Assembly: GCA_001821395.1 (NCBI GenBank)
Contig: MHLM01000014.1
Span: forward strand, 160,001-224,000
DNA: 64,000 nucleotides
Source of the DNA: Candidatus Lloydbacteria bacterium RIFCSPHIGHO2_02_FULL_50_18
GTDB taxonomy: Bacteria; Patescibacteriota; Minisyncoccia; Phycocordibacterales; UBA6899
Direction: 5' to 3'
The position numbers and the translations under genes were made by a program. Below are positions 56,694 through 64,000 of the stretch, in pieces (positions within the stretch are counted from its first letter, which is position 1; every line of letters starts with the position of its first letter). The notes beneath the pieces are model-generated. The model made no database searches, was not told the origin of the DNA, and saw only the letters and a program-made list of their open reading frames with translations.

Positions 56694-57224
56694 TCAGAAT
56701 TCAAAGATATGCTTTGAAGCCGGAACGATGTTTGCCCCGATGACGTTGTTGGGGTAGAGGTCATAGAGAATACGGATCACTCCGCGATGGGTGACGAGCA
56801 TGACGCTGGACTCTTTCTTTGTTTTGAGCGATTCGACGAATTCCCGCACCCGCTTCGTGACCTCCTCGACCGATTCACCCCCGTAGGGTCGGTAATCGTA
56901 GTGACCCTCAAGGTCGTCCAAGATGATCTGCTGGTCAACCTCACAGCGTGGTTTATCAGACAATGTACCGAAGTTGCGCTCCCGAATTTCCGGAACAGTG
57001 ACGATGGGTACCTGAAAACGCTTATTTAATATTTGTGCTGTTTCCTGTGTACGTACGAGGGGGGATGCATAGATGACCTCAGGAGATATCAATAGGTCCT
57101 TGCTGAGTTGCTCTACCATCGTTTGCCCCGCAGCGTTCAGCGGGAGGTTCACGCCCTCCGACCCCTGCAGCCTGTTCTCTTTATTGAGATCGGTCTCTCC
57201 GTGACGTATGACGATGAGTTTCAT
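56694..57224 (-). CDS. histidine phosphatase (phosphoglycerate mutase) family protein
   Basis: LIVIRHGETDLN RHG motif. Confidence 0.75.
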   Translation of the reverse strand: MKLIVIRHGETDLNKENRLQGSEGVNLPLNAAGQTMVEQLSKDLLISPEVIYASPLVRTQETAQILNKRFQVPIVTVPEIRERNFGTLSDKPRCEVDQQIILDDLEGHYDYRPYGGESVEEVTKRVREFVESLKTKKESSVMLVTHRGVIRILYDLYPNNVIGANIVPASKHIFEF

Positions 57225-57522
57225 GAGATCAGTATAGCATCTTGAAAAACAAAAAACGCGGGGCTAGCCGCGCTTAGTTCATTCGGGTTTTTAGTCCCAA
57301 ATTGCTCCCGTGACAAGAAGTGCGCCAATAACCATCCCTCCAGCGCCTCCTCCGCTCAGTATGTCGAACGAATGAAACATGTAGCAGAGTACTACGGTTC
57401 CCGCCCAAATCGCTACGGTAGCCAGCCCCTTCCCATTGCTCATTGTAATCGCCCTCGAAGAAGAATCCGAATATTATTCTCTATCTATTTGCAAAAATGT
57501 CAAGTTCGCGTAGTCTTACTGC

Positions 57523-58815
57523 ATGCAAAAAGTATTCACGATGAAGGCGGAACGGATCGCGCACGACGGCGCGGCAGAAGGACTCTATGAAGGTGGTGCA
57601 GTGCGCGTGCACGGTATGCTTCCCGGCGAAGAGGCGATCATTGAGGCGACAAAGAAACATGGCATATACATTGGGGTCATAAAGGAGATCATTTCGGGCT
57701 CACCGTCCCGCAAGAATCCCGAGGAGACGCATTATCTTTCCTGCAGTCCGTGGCAGATCGCAGACTATGCGCTGCAGATCGCGCTCAAGCATGAGATACT
57801 CGTATCGCTGTGGGGCTATTATGACAATGCGCCAAAGCCGACATTCGTTCCCGCGGATAAATTTTACGGTTACCGCACCAAAGTTGAGTTCAGTTTTACC
57901 GACAGGGACGGGGACAGAGAACTCCCTCTTTCGTTAGCTTTCCATGAGCGTGGAGGGGGAAGCAGGAGACTTGCCCTCGAGAAGGGTTGTGCGCTCGTAT
58001 CCGACGGAATGAATCGTGTCGCTCTTGCTCTCTGTGAAAAGTTGAGAGCAGAGGAGTATACGACAAAAGAGCTAAAGACGCTCGTGGTGCGCGAAAGTAA
58101 GTCAACCGGAAAACTCCTCGCGATACTCTATGCCAAGGCTGAGAAGCTCCCGAAATTTCCCGTGGACGATATACCGGGGCTCACCGGATTCCTTGTTTTT
58201 CATTCGACGGAAAAATCTCCCGCATCGGTGCCGACCAAAGAGTTGTGGCGAACGGGAGAGGACTTTCTGCATGAATCGATCCTAGGAACGGAGATCACAT
58301 ATTCGTGGGACTCTTTTTTTCAAAATAATATCCCGGTTTTTGAGACTGCAATGAAAGTAATGCAGGATGCCATACCTCCGAATGCGAATATTCTCGAACT
58401 GTATTCGGGTGTCGGGACGATCGGACTGTTGCTGGCTAAAGTGGCGAAGCACGTGCACGGAGTGGAAATCGTCCAAGGTGCGGTGGATTCGGCAGGGCGC
58501 AATGCGGAGCGGGCGAAGCTTGCGAATTATGTCGCTGAATGTATCCCCGCAGAGAAGATGGATGCGCGTCTCCTTGATAAGCGCGACGTGCTCGTACTTG
58601 ATCCGCCACGTTCCGGACTTCATCCGAAGGTGATCGGTATGATCATTGAAAAGAGGCCGCCAACGATCGTCTATTTGTCCTGTAATCCCGAGACGCAGGC
58701 GCGTGATTATTCGTCCCTTAAAGAGTACTACACCGTAGAGCGGATTACGGGTTTTGACTTTTATCCTGAAACGCCACACTTGGAAGCGTTGGCGATATTG
58801 AAATTAAGAGCGTAA
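57523..58815 (+). CDS. RNA (uracil-5-)-methyltransferase, TRAM + SAM-MTase (RlmD/TrmA family)
   Basis: C-terminal LELYSGVGTIG, VLDPPRSG, YLSCNP motifs. Confidence 0.75.
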   Translation: MQKVFTMKAERIAHDGAAEGLYEGGAVRVHGMLPGEEAIIEATKKHGIYIGVIKEIISGSPSRKNPEETHYLSCSPWQIADYALQIALKHEILVSLWGYYDNAPKPTFVPADKFYGYRTKVEFSFTDRDGDRELPLSLAFHERGGGSRRLALEKGCALVSDGMNRVALALCEKLRAEEYTTKELKTLVVRESKSTGKLLAILYAKAEKLPKFPVDDIPGLTGFLVFHSTEKSPASVPTKELWRTGEDFLHESILGTEITYSWDSFFQNNIPVFETAMKVMQDAIPPNANILELYSGVGTIGLLLAKVAKHVHGVEIVQGAVDSAGRNAERAKLANYVAECIPAEKMDARLLDKRDVLVLDPPRSGLHPKVIGMIIEKRPPTIVYLSCNPETQARDYSSLKEYYTVERITGFDFYPETPHLEALAILKLRA

Positions 58816-58922
58816 TAAGGTAGATTGTCCCCATGGCAAATAAAAAAGAAAAAGCATCTCAGCGCAAGAAGTCACATCGCGCAGGGAAGGAGGTCAGCGC
58901 CCGACATCGCTAAGCATCAGAC

Positions 58923-58954
58923 TAAAAAAAGACCCGCTTAGGCGGGTCTTTTTT
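58923..58954. terminator. bidirectional terminator GACCCGC-TTAG-GCGGGTC flanked by A7/T6
   Basis: between convergent genes. Confidence 0.65.
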
Positions 58955-58962
58955 GTTTTGGT

Positions 58963-59562
58963 CTATTCGAGTACTTGATCCGGCTTGCGCTCTTTTTTGA
59001 ATACGATCGGTGCGTCAAGAAATCGCTCCCATTCTTTTATTGCGTAGACAAGCTCGAGATTCTTGAAAGCGAGGAGTGAAAGGGCCTCCCACAGGAAGAC
59101 CCAGCCGCCAATGAAGAGGCCCTGGCCAAAAATACCAAAAAGCACGTTAGCTTCGAGTGCGCGTTCGAACGTTACTGCAATCGCGAGGAAGGCTGCGCCG
59201 AACATGAAGTATTTTAATGCGCTCTTACGTGAGGCTTTGAGTTCTTTCTCCGCAAGGTAGTGGTTGAATTGAAAAAAATTGCGCAAACCCTCCTCGCATT
59301 TTAGCTGTTTCTCCGGATCGATCTCCGCTTTGGGGATGAAAAAAGCGATCGCGATCTTGTGTCGGATCGATATCTCCTCGGAGCATTCTTCGAGAAATGT
59401 GCGCAGGTCCGGATCGATCGCACGACGCTTGAATGGAGCGGGGTCCCATTCACTGAACATATCCTCATAGTTATCGAGAGCAACCTCTATCATGAGTCTG
59501 TTTGTGTCTTCGAATTTACGATATATTTGAGCGGTTTTCGTCTTTTTTGTATTGCCTGCCAT
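58963..59562 (-). CDS. hypothetical protein with C-terminal TM helices
   Basis: 199-aa ORF. Confidence 0.45.
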   Translation of the reverse strand: MAGNTKKTKTAQIYRKFEDTNRLMIEVALDNYEDMFSEWDPAPFKRRAIDPDLRTFLEECSEEISIRHKIAIAFFIPKAEIDPEKQLKCEEGLRNFFQFNHYLAEKELKASRKSALKYFMFGAAFLAIAVTFERALEANVLFGIFGQGLFIGGWVFLWEALSLLAFKNLELVYAIKEWERFLDAPIVFKKERKPDQVLE

Positions 59563-59614
59563 TCGCGCATTTTACCACACGTGCGGTGATTGGCGACAGG
59601 TTTCAGAAGCCCCG

Positions 59615-60373
59615 CTATTTTCTGAGTATGAGAAATCGGATCTGATCGTATTGGTCGAGCCAGAACTCATGTTTCCAGGGGGTGCCCACCAGGAGCTCTT
59701 CGATCCATTCGCGCTGGTGCGCGTCGCATTCGACGTAGAATGTACCGCCCTCGTTCAGGAATTTCCTGCCTTCATTGATGATGATCTTGACATAGTCGAG
59801 ACCGCGGTCGCCGGCAAAGAGCGAGAGGTGGGGTTCGAAGTTGATGACGCTTTCGTCCATTTCAGGAATCGCCTTCGGGTCGATGTACGGGGGATTCGCG
59901 AAAATGGCGTCGTAGGTACCCGTGAGCCCCTCCAGAGCATTTCCGGCCCAGCATTTCGCGCGCGATTCATCGATGCCGTTCAGTCGGACGTTGATGCGCA
60001 GTTGCTCCGTCAATTTCGGATCGAATTCACTGATGTCGACCGTGGCATTCGGGAGGTGCTTCAGGAGCGCGACGCCGATGCATCCGGAGCCGGAAAAGGT
60101 GTCTGCGAGGCGAAGCATCGGCTTTCCGAGCGCCGTGAGTTCCGCGACCGCGCGTTCGACCCAGAATTCCGTTTCCGGGCGGGGGATCATGGGATGCAGC
60201 GAGACGTCAATCTTGCAGTCGTAAAAAGGTATCCAGCCGATGACGTAAGCAAGCGGTTCGCCCTTCTTGAGACGCAGGACATCCGCCTCGAATTCAGGGG
60301 TTTCTTTGCCGTTGTATTTTTCCCTGAGCAGCCATTCAACTTCCTTTGAATCAAGCGGTGGTATCATCGCCAC
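59615..60373 (-). CDS. prmC: release-factor glutamine N5-methyltransferase PrmC (HemK)
   Basis: NPPY motif (IFANPPYI), DTFSGSGCIGVAL SAM-binding. Confidence 0.8.
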   Translation of the reverse strand: MAMIPPLDSKEVEWLLREKYNGKETPEFEADVLRLKKGEPLAYVIGWIPFYDCKIDVSLHPMIPRPETEFWVERAVAELTALGKPMLRLADTFSGSGCIGVALLKHLPNATVDISEFDPKLTEQLRINVRLNGIDESRAKCWAGNALEGLTGTYDAIFANPPYIDPKAIPEMDESVINFEPHLSLFAGDRGLDYVKIIINEGRKFLNEGGTFYVECDAHQREWIEELLVGTPWKHEFWLDQYDQIRFLILRK

Positions 60374-60432
60374 AGTCTAGCGATTTATCACACTTTTGCA
60401 AACGCGCGGCGTATGGCTATACTGCTGTGTAC

Positions 60433-60504
60433 GTCCTTGTCGTTCAATGGATAGGATATCTCCCTCCGAAGGAGATGATGCTGGTTCGATTCCAGCCAAG
60501 GGCA
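60433..60504 (+). tRNA. tRNA-Arg (anticodon CCG)
   Basis: cloverleaf folded by hand: acceptor GTCCTTG/CAAGGGC (one G-U), D-loop AATGGATA, anticodon stem TCTCC/GGAGA with loop CTCCGAA, T-arm GCTGG-TTCGATT-CCAGC, discriminator A. Confidence 0.8.
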
Positions 60505-60581
60505 CTATTGTTGCGTTGCATTTTTGTATAGCTTCGCTTAGTATCGGGTAAGCTTGTACAAAGAACACTCAGGAGTGGGAC

Positions 60582-61187
60582 GTGAAAAGAACGAAACCGG
60601 TATTTGGAGTTGACGTTGATGACACGCTCATCCATTGCGCTGCGGCGATGTGTGCCTATTTGAACAGGGTGCATGGCTATACGATCGAGAAGAGTGACAT
60701 GACAACTTTTTATTTCGGTGACCTACTTGGATTAAGCCGTCAGGAAGCACGCGCCATGATCTACCCGTTCCACTTTTCGAAAGAGCACGAGAACATCAGT
60801 CCGATCAGCGGCGCACATGAGGCGCTCTCCACGTTGTCGTTGCGTTACACGCCAATTGCGATCACTGCGCGATCCCCAACTACGCGTATTCCGACCGTTA
60901 CGCTTGTCGAGCGGCACTTTCCCGGGATCTTCAAAGAAGTGCTTTTTACCGGCTATGTTCCGGGGCAACCGTATCGCTCAAAGGGTGATGTCTGTGCAGA
61001 TCTCGGGGTAGCATTCATGGTTGAAGACGCCTTGCACAATGCCGTGTCTGTCGGCGAAAGGGGAATCACTGTTTATCTTCTTGATACCCCGTGGAATCAG
61101 GGGGCACTTCCTCCGAATACGATCCGCGTCGCTTGCTGGGATGATATCGTGAGGCATGTGACGGACGGTGCTCTGTGCAGAAAATAA
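60582..61187 (+). CDS. HAD-superfamily hydrolase (5'(3')-deoxyribonucleotidase-like)
   Basis: FGVDVDDTL DxDxT motif. Confidence 0.6.
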   Translation: MKRTKPVFGVDVDDTLIHCAAAMCAYLNRVHGYTIEKSDMTTFYFGDLLGLSRQEARAMIYPFHFSKEHENISPISGAHEALSTLSLRYTPIAITARSPTTRIPTVTLVERHFPGIFKEVLFTGYVPGQPYRSKGDVCADLGVAFMVEDALHNAVSVGERGITVYLLDTPWNQGALPPNTIRVACWDDIVRHVTDGALCRK

Positions 61188-61247
61188 AAAAGAAATAGCC
61201 GCGTGAGACACGCGGCTTTTTATTTCTTGTTCTCTTTCGGGTGAGCA

Positions 61248-61712
61248 TCACCGCGTCTGTTCGGTGACGTATTTCCACATCACGATGTCTCCGGGTTTGA
61301 GGTAGTACTTACTCGCAATGCGCGGCTCGTAGGTATTATTGATCCAGTACTGCCATCGTACGGTCGAGGTGCCCTTGGTCGTATTTGCAAAGCCGTCGAT
61401 CGATGCGACGTAACGATCGTTGTTCATATTATTCTTTGTGAGCAGGACGATCTCTTTTGCCGATGCAACTGTCTCGAGAAGATTTAATACGGACATCGAT
61501 TCATGCCACGAGATCGTGTTCCACGTTCTGATGGTACCGTCGCCATGGTCAATCATCAGGTTGACCGAGCTCATTGCCGCGGGCGTATCTGGGGTGCCTT
61601 CACGGACGACGACTGTTTCTTTGTGAAAAAATGCTCCAATCAAGACACCGGAAAGTATCGAGAGGATCGTAACGGCAATGATCAATTTTGAACGGAGTAA
61701 TCGCTGTTTCAT
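61248..61712 (-). CDS. secreted DUF4430-like protein
   Basis: ATG 61712; N-terminal TM/signal; WQYWINNTYEPRIASKYYLKPGDIVMWKY resembles DUF4430 W.Y.VNG...Y.LKDGD.I.W.Y. Confidence 0.5.
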   Translation of the reverse strand: MKQRLLRSKLIIAVTILSILSGVLIGAFFHKETVVVREGTPDTPAAMSSVNLMIDHGDGTIRTWNTISWHESMSVLNLLETVASAKEIVLLTKNNMNNDRYVASIDGFANTTKGTSTVRWQYWINNTYEPRIASKYYLKPGDIVMWKYVTEQTR

Positions 61713-61786
61713 ATATGTCGGTAAGTTGATTCTATCCCGTACACAAGTAGTGATGCAAGGAGTATAATATCGGAAACGACAGCACC

Positions 61787-62494
61787 ATGAGACGTATTGA
61801 ACGAAATGATGAACGCGGAACAAGTGACCTCGGATGGCTGCTTTCGCGCTTCTCCTATAGTTTTGCGGAGTACGAAAATTCCTCTCGTATGGGTTTCGGA
61901 GCATTGCGCGTGGTGAATGATGACACGATAGCGCCGCAAAAAGGTTTTCCATTGCATCATCATGAACAGATGGAGATCGTGACGATCATGCTTGAGGGAA
62001 CCCTCACGCATCACGATACATTAGGGAATACTAAAGACCTGAAAGAGGGAGAAGTGCAAACCATGACTGCCGGTACCGGGGTAAGCCATGGTGAATGGAA
62101 TAATGACAAAACAACTCCGGCAAAGTTGCTTCAGGTGTGGATATACCCCAAAGAGCGCTCTTTGGTGCCCCGCTATACGCAGATGAAATTTGATGAGACT
62201 GGTCGACATAATATTTTTCAAATATTGGCGTGTGGAGAACACCGGGATGGGATGCTTTTTGTGCATCAAGACGTGACCTTAGCTCGTGTGCTCATCGAGG
62301 GTGGGAGGTCGGCTTCCTATACGCTTGCAAACCCCATGCACGGAGTATTTGTCTTTGTCGTCAGTGGAAAGGTGGAGGTCGGTACCGATATGCTTTCGAG
62401 CAGGGATTCAATGGAGGTCACCCAAGAAGAAAAACTGACCTTCAATGCACAAGAACGATCTGACGTCATCGTGATCGAGGTCTCAATGGGGTGA
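61787..62494 (+). CDS. pirin-family protein (cupin)
   Basis: GFPLHHHEQMEIVTIMLEGTLTHHD pirin N-terminal motif. Confidence 0.85.
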   Translation: MRRIERNDERGTSDLGWLLSRFSYSFAEYENSSRMGFGALRVVNDDTIAPQKGFPLHHHEQMEIVTIMLEGTLTHHDTLGNTKDLKEGEVQTMTAGTGVSHGEWNNDKTTPAKLLQVWIYPKERSLVPRYTQMKFDETGRHNIFQILACGEHRDGMLFVHQDVTLARVLIEGGRSASYTLANPMHGVFVFVVSGKVEVGTDMLSSRDSMEVTQEEKLTFNAQERSDVIVIEVSMG

Positions 62495-62540
62495 TCTAAA
62501 AAAGAACCCCCGCATTACTGCGAGGGTGTCAATTGTTGAT

Positions 62541-62993
62541 CTATAGATGTGTTGCGACTTGCGCTACGAGAGTTCTTTTTTGATCAAAAAAATATTTGAA
62601 TACGTCCACGAGGCCGACAAGATCCTCGTTGACGCTTATGGCTCGGCGCAATTCCTGGAATTCCGTGTCGCTTAAGGAGTGCTGTCCGATCTGTGCAACG
62701 CAGGCGCGAAACACGAATGTTTCGACGAGGCCCTTGTCGAACAATTTCTTGAGGAGCAGATAACGTTCATGCTGAGTCTTTGCGTGCAAGAGCGCGTCGT
62801 TATATTCATGGCGATATCCCAGTGCTTCTGCGCGCTCGATGTACTGCAATTCACTAAACCCTAGGACCGCGCAATTGTGGCGTACGCTTGCGAGGGATTT
62901 TTCCTTTTTGCAGTAGCGCGTCGGGTCAAAATGATGCGCTGCATCTACAGAGGCAAGAAATGAAGGTCGCTTTACAGCGAGCGTGGTTTGCAT
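62541..62993 (-). CDS. hypothetical protein (150 aa)
   Basis: clean ORF. Confidence 0.4.
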   Translation of the reverse strand: MQTTLAVKRPSFLASVDAAHHFDPTRYCKKEKSLASVRHNCAVLGFSELQYIERAEALGYRHEYNDALLHAKTQHERYLLLKKLFDKGLVETFVFRACVAQIGQHSLSDTEFQELRRAISVNEDLVGLVDVFKYFFDQKRTLVAQVATHL

Positions 62994-63069
62994 ATTTTCT
63001 CCTTGATTGGAACAGTTTTTCCTTCTGCAAACTACACTATATTTTTATTTTGTCAAAGGCAGCTCCGGC

Positions 63070-63585
63070 CTATTGGAGTAAAACGGGGATTGCGATCGAG
63101 TCGTCATACTCTGGTAGACCGGAGGGATTGTCGCGTTTCAGGATGAGTACTCCGCTTGTTGCGACGGTGCTCGTGCTCGACCAAGTGAGGATAGTGTTGA
63201 AGGGAACGAAGTCGTCGGTCATCCAGTCTCCTTGTGCTTGTGCGGGGACCTGTGCAAGCGTGACACCATTCGCATCAACAAGCATGATTGGAAATGATGC
63301 TTCAAAATACCAATTGCCGCGCGCATTACCCGAGACAGTCAGCGGACTTCGTGCGATAGTTTCCGGAAGCGGAGTATCGACAGTGATCCGCGTCGCAGCA
63401 GTTTCCGACGTGACGGGCAAAACGGGTGCGACGGAAGCCACCTCGGTCGTCGTTGTAAGCGGTATATCACTTATGGTCGGTGCCAATACGATCGGAGCAT
63501 TCACGGTCGTATAAAGTAGATATCCTAGTGCGGAGAGTACCAGTGTGAGTATTATTCCGCTAAAGATGTATATGCGGTTATTCAT
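63070..63585 (-). CDS. Gmad2 Ig-like domain secreted protein
   Basis: ATG 63585; N-terminal TM; GNARGNWYFEASFPIMLVDANG...GDWMTDDFVPF. Confidence 0.55.
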   Translation of the reverse strand: MNNRIYIFSGIILTLVLSALGYLLYTTVNAPIVLAPTISDIPLTTTTEVASVAPVLPVTSETAATRITVDTPLPETIARSPLTVSGNARGNWYFEASFPIMLVDANGVTLAQVPAQAQGDWMTDDFVPFNTILTWSSTSTVATSGVLILKRDNPSGLPEYDDSIAIPVLLQ

Positions 63586-63689
63586 AGTGGAAGTATAGCA
63601 GACAGTCGACCGATAAAAAAATAGGGGAATAGAGATGTTTGTACGGGAATAAAAAGCACCCTCCATGGGAAGGCGCATTTATCGAATGA

Positions 63690-63965
63690 TCAGTTTGGTT
63701 GGATCTCCCAATCCCCAGTGCGGGGATTTCTACACGCAACACCGCGAGTTGTCGCAACTTCAGAGCGTCCGTCCATCTTCACAATAACTTCTTGCGTGAA
63801 TGACTTGCAGTTTCGATCGTACCCCCTTGGCGCGGGTGCTGGATACACGTTGCTTTCGTATTGTCGCGCATCGTGCTCCCATTGGTGCGATTGATAGCCG
63901 TTGGTCGGACCATTGAGTCCAGAGCGCAGCGTTTCCTCGGTTTGACGATGGTCTTCTGCATCCAT
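63690..63965 (-). CDS. hypothetical small protein
   Basis: 91-aa ORF near window end. Confidence 0.3.
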   Translation of the reverse strand: MDAEDHRQTEETLRSGLNGPTNGYQSHQWEHDARQYESNVYPAPAPRGYDRNCKSFTQEVIVKMDGRSEVATTRGVACRNPRTGDWEIQPN

Positions 63966-64000
63966 CGATCTCCCGACGGACGATCCTGCCCATGCGCCCG

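Noticed and set aside
1-64000. CRISPR arrays / cas genes
   Set aside because: No regularly spaced direct repeats with unique spacers seen; all repeats found are dispersed or tandem-coding.

Overview
This is a 64-kb bacterial chromosomal segment with moderate GC and dense coding on both strands. The core content is housekeeping. It holds a SUF Fe-S cluster locus (sufB-sufD-sufS-[membrane ORF]-sufU, then two unrelated genes, then sufC-sufT), anmK, engB, nadK, gmk, prmC, an rlmD-like m5U methyltransferase, a trpF-like gene, a cyclophilin, pirin and one tRNA-Arg(CCG). Mixed in are three separate thiol-disulfide modules (DsbA-like; Trx-like+CcdA; Trx-like+DsbB/BdbC), a MacAB-like HlyD/ABC/FtsX efflux set, a methyl-accepting chemotaxis protein, two tandem orphan receiver domains, cytochrome b561, and several large secreted proteins. 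I saw no CRISPR array, rRNA, or intact IS or prophage. Five features stand out. (1) The window opens with six tandem, translationally coupled sigma-70 region 4/LuxR-type HTH mini-ORFs, followed by a perfect 38-bp palindrome. (2) A duplicated cassette at 29.2-30.9 kb carries two diverged paralogous unknown proteins, each bracketed by the same long 5' hairpin and the same 3' terminator, with covarying stems. (3) A protein fuses an IS1595-type zinc ribbon to a metallophosphoesterase, next to a ClpP-like peptidase. (4) Several dispersed intergenic repeat families are present: a 28-mer after three minus-strand terminators, a 58-bp element, and a 27-bp direct repeat. (5) A 132-bp element with 22-bp perfect terminal inverted repeats borders a small AT-rich islet encoding a DUF805 membrane protein and a HEPN-like (Rx5H) protein. 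All family calls rest on motif recognition by eye from translated ORFs; no database search was possible.
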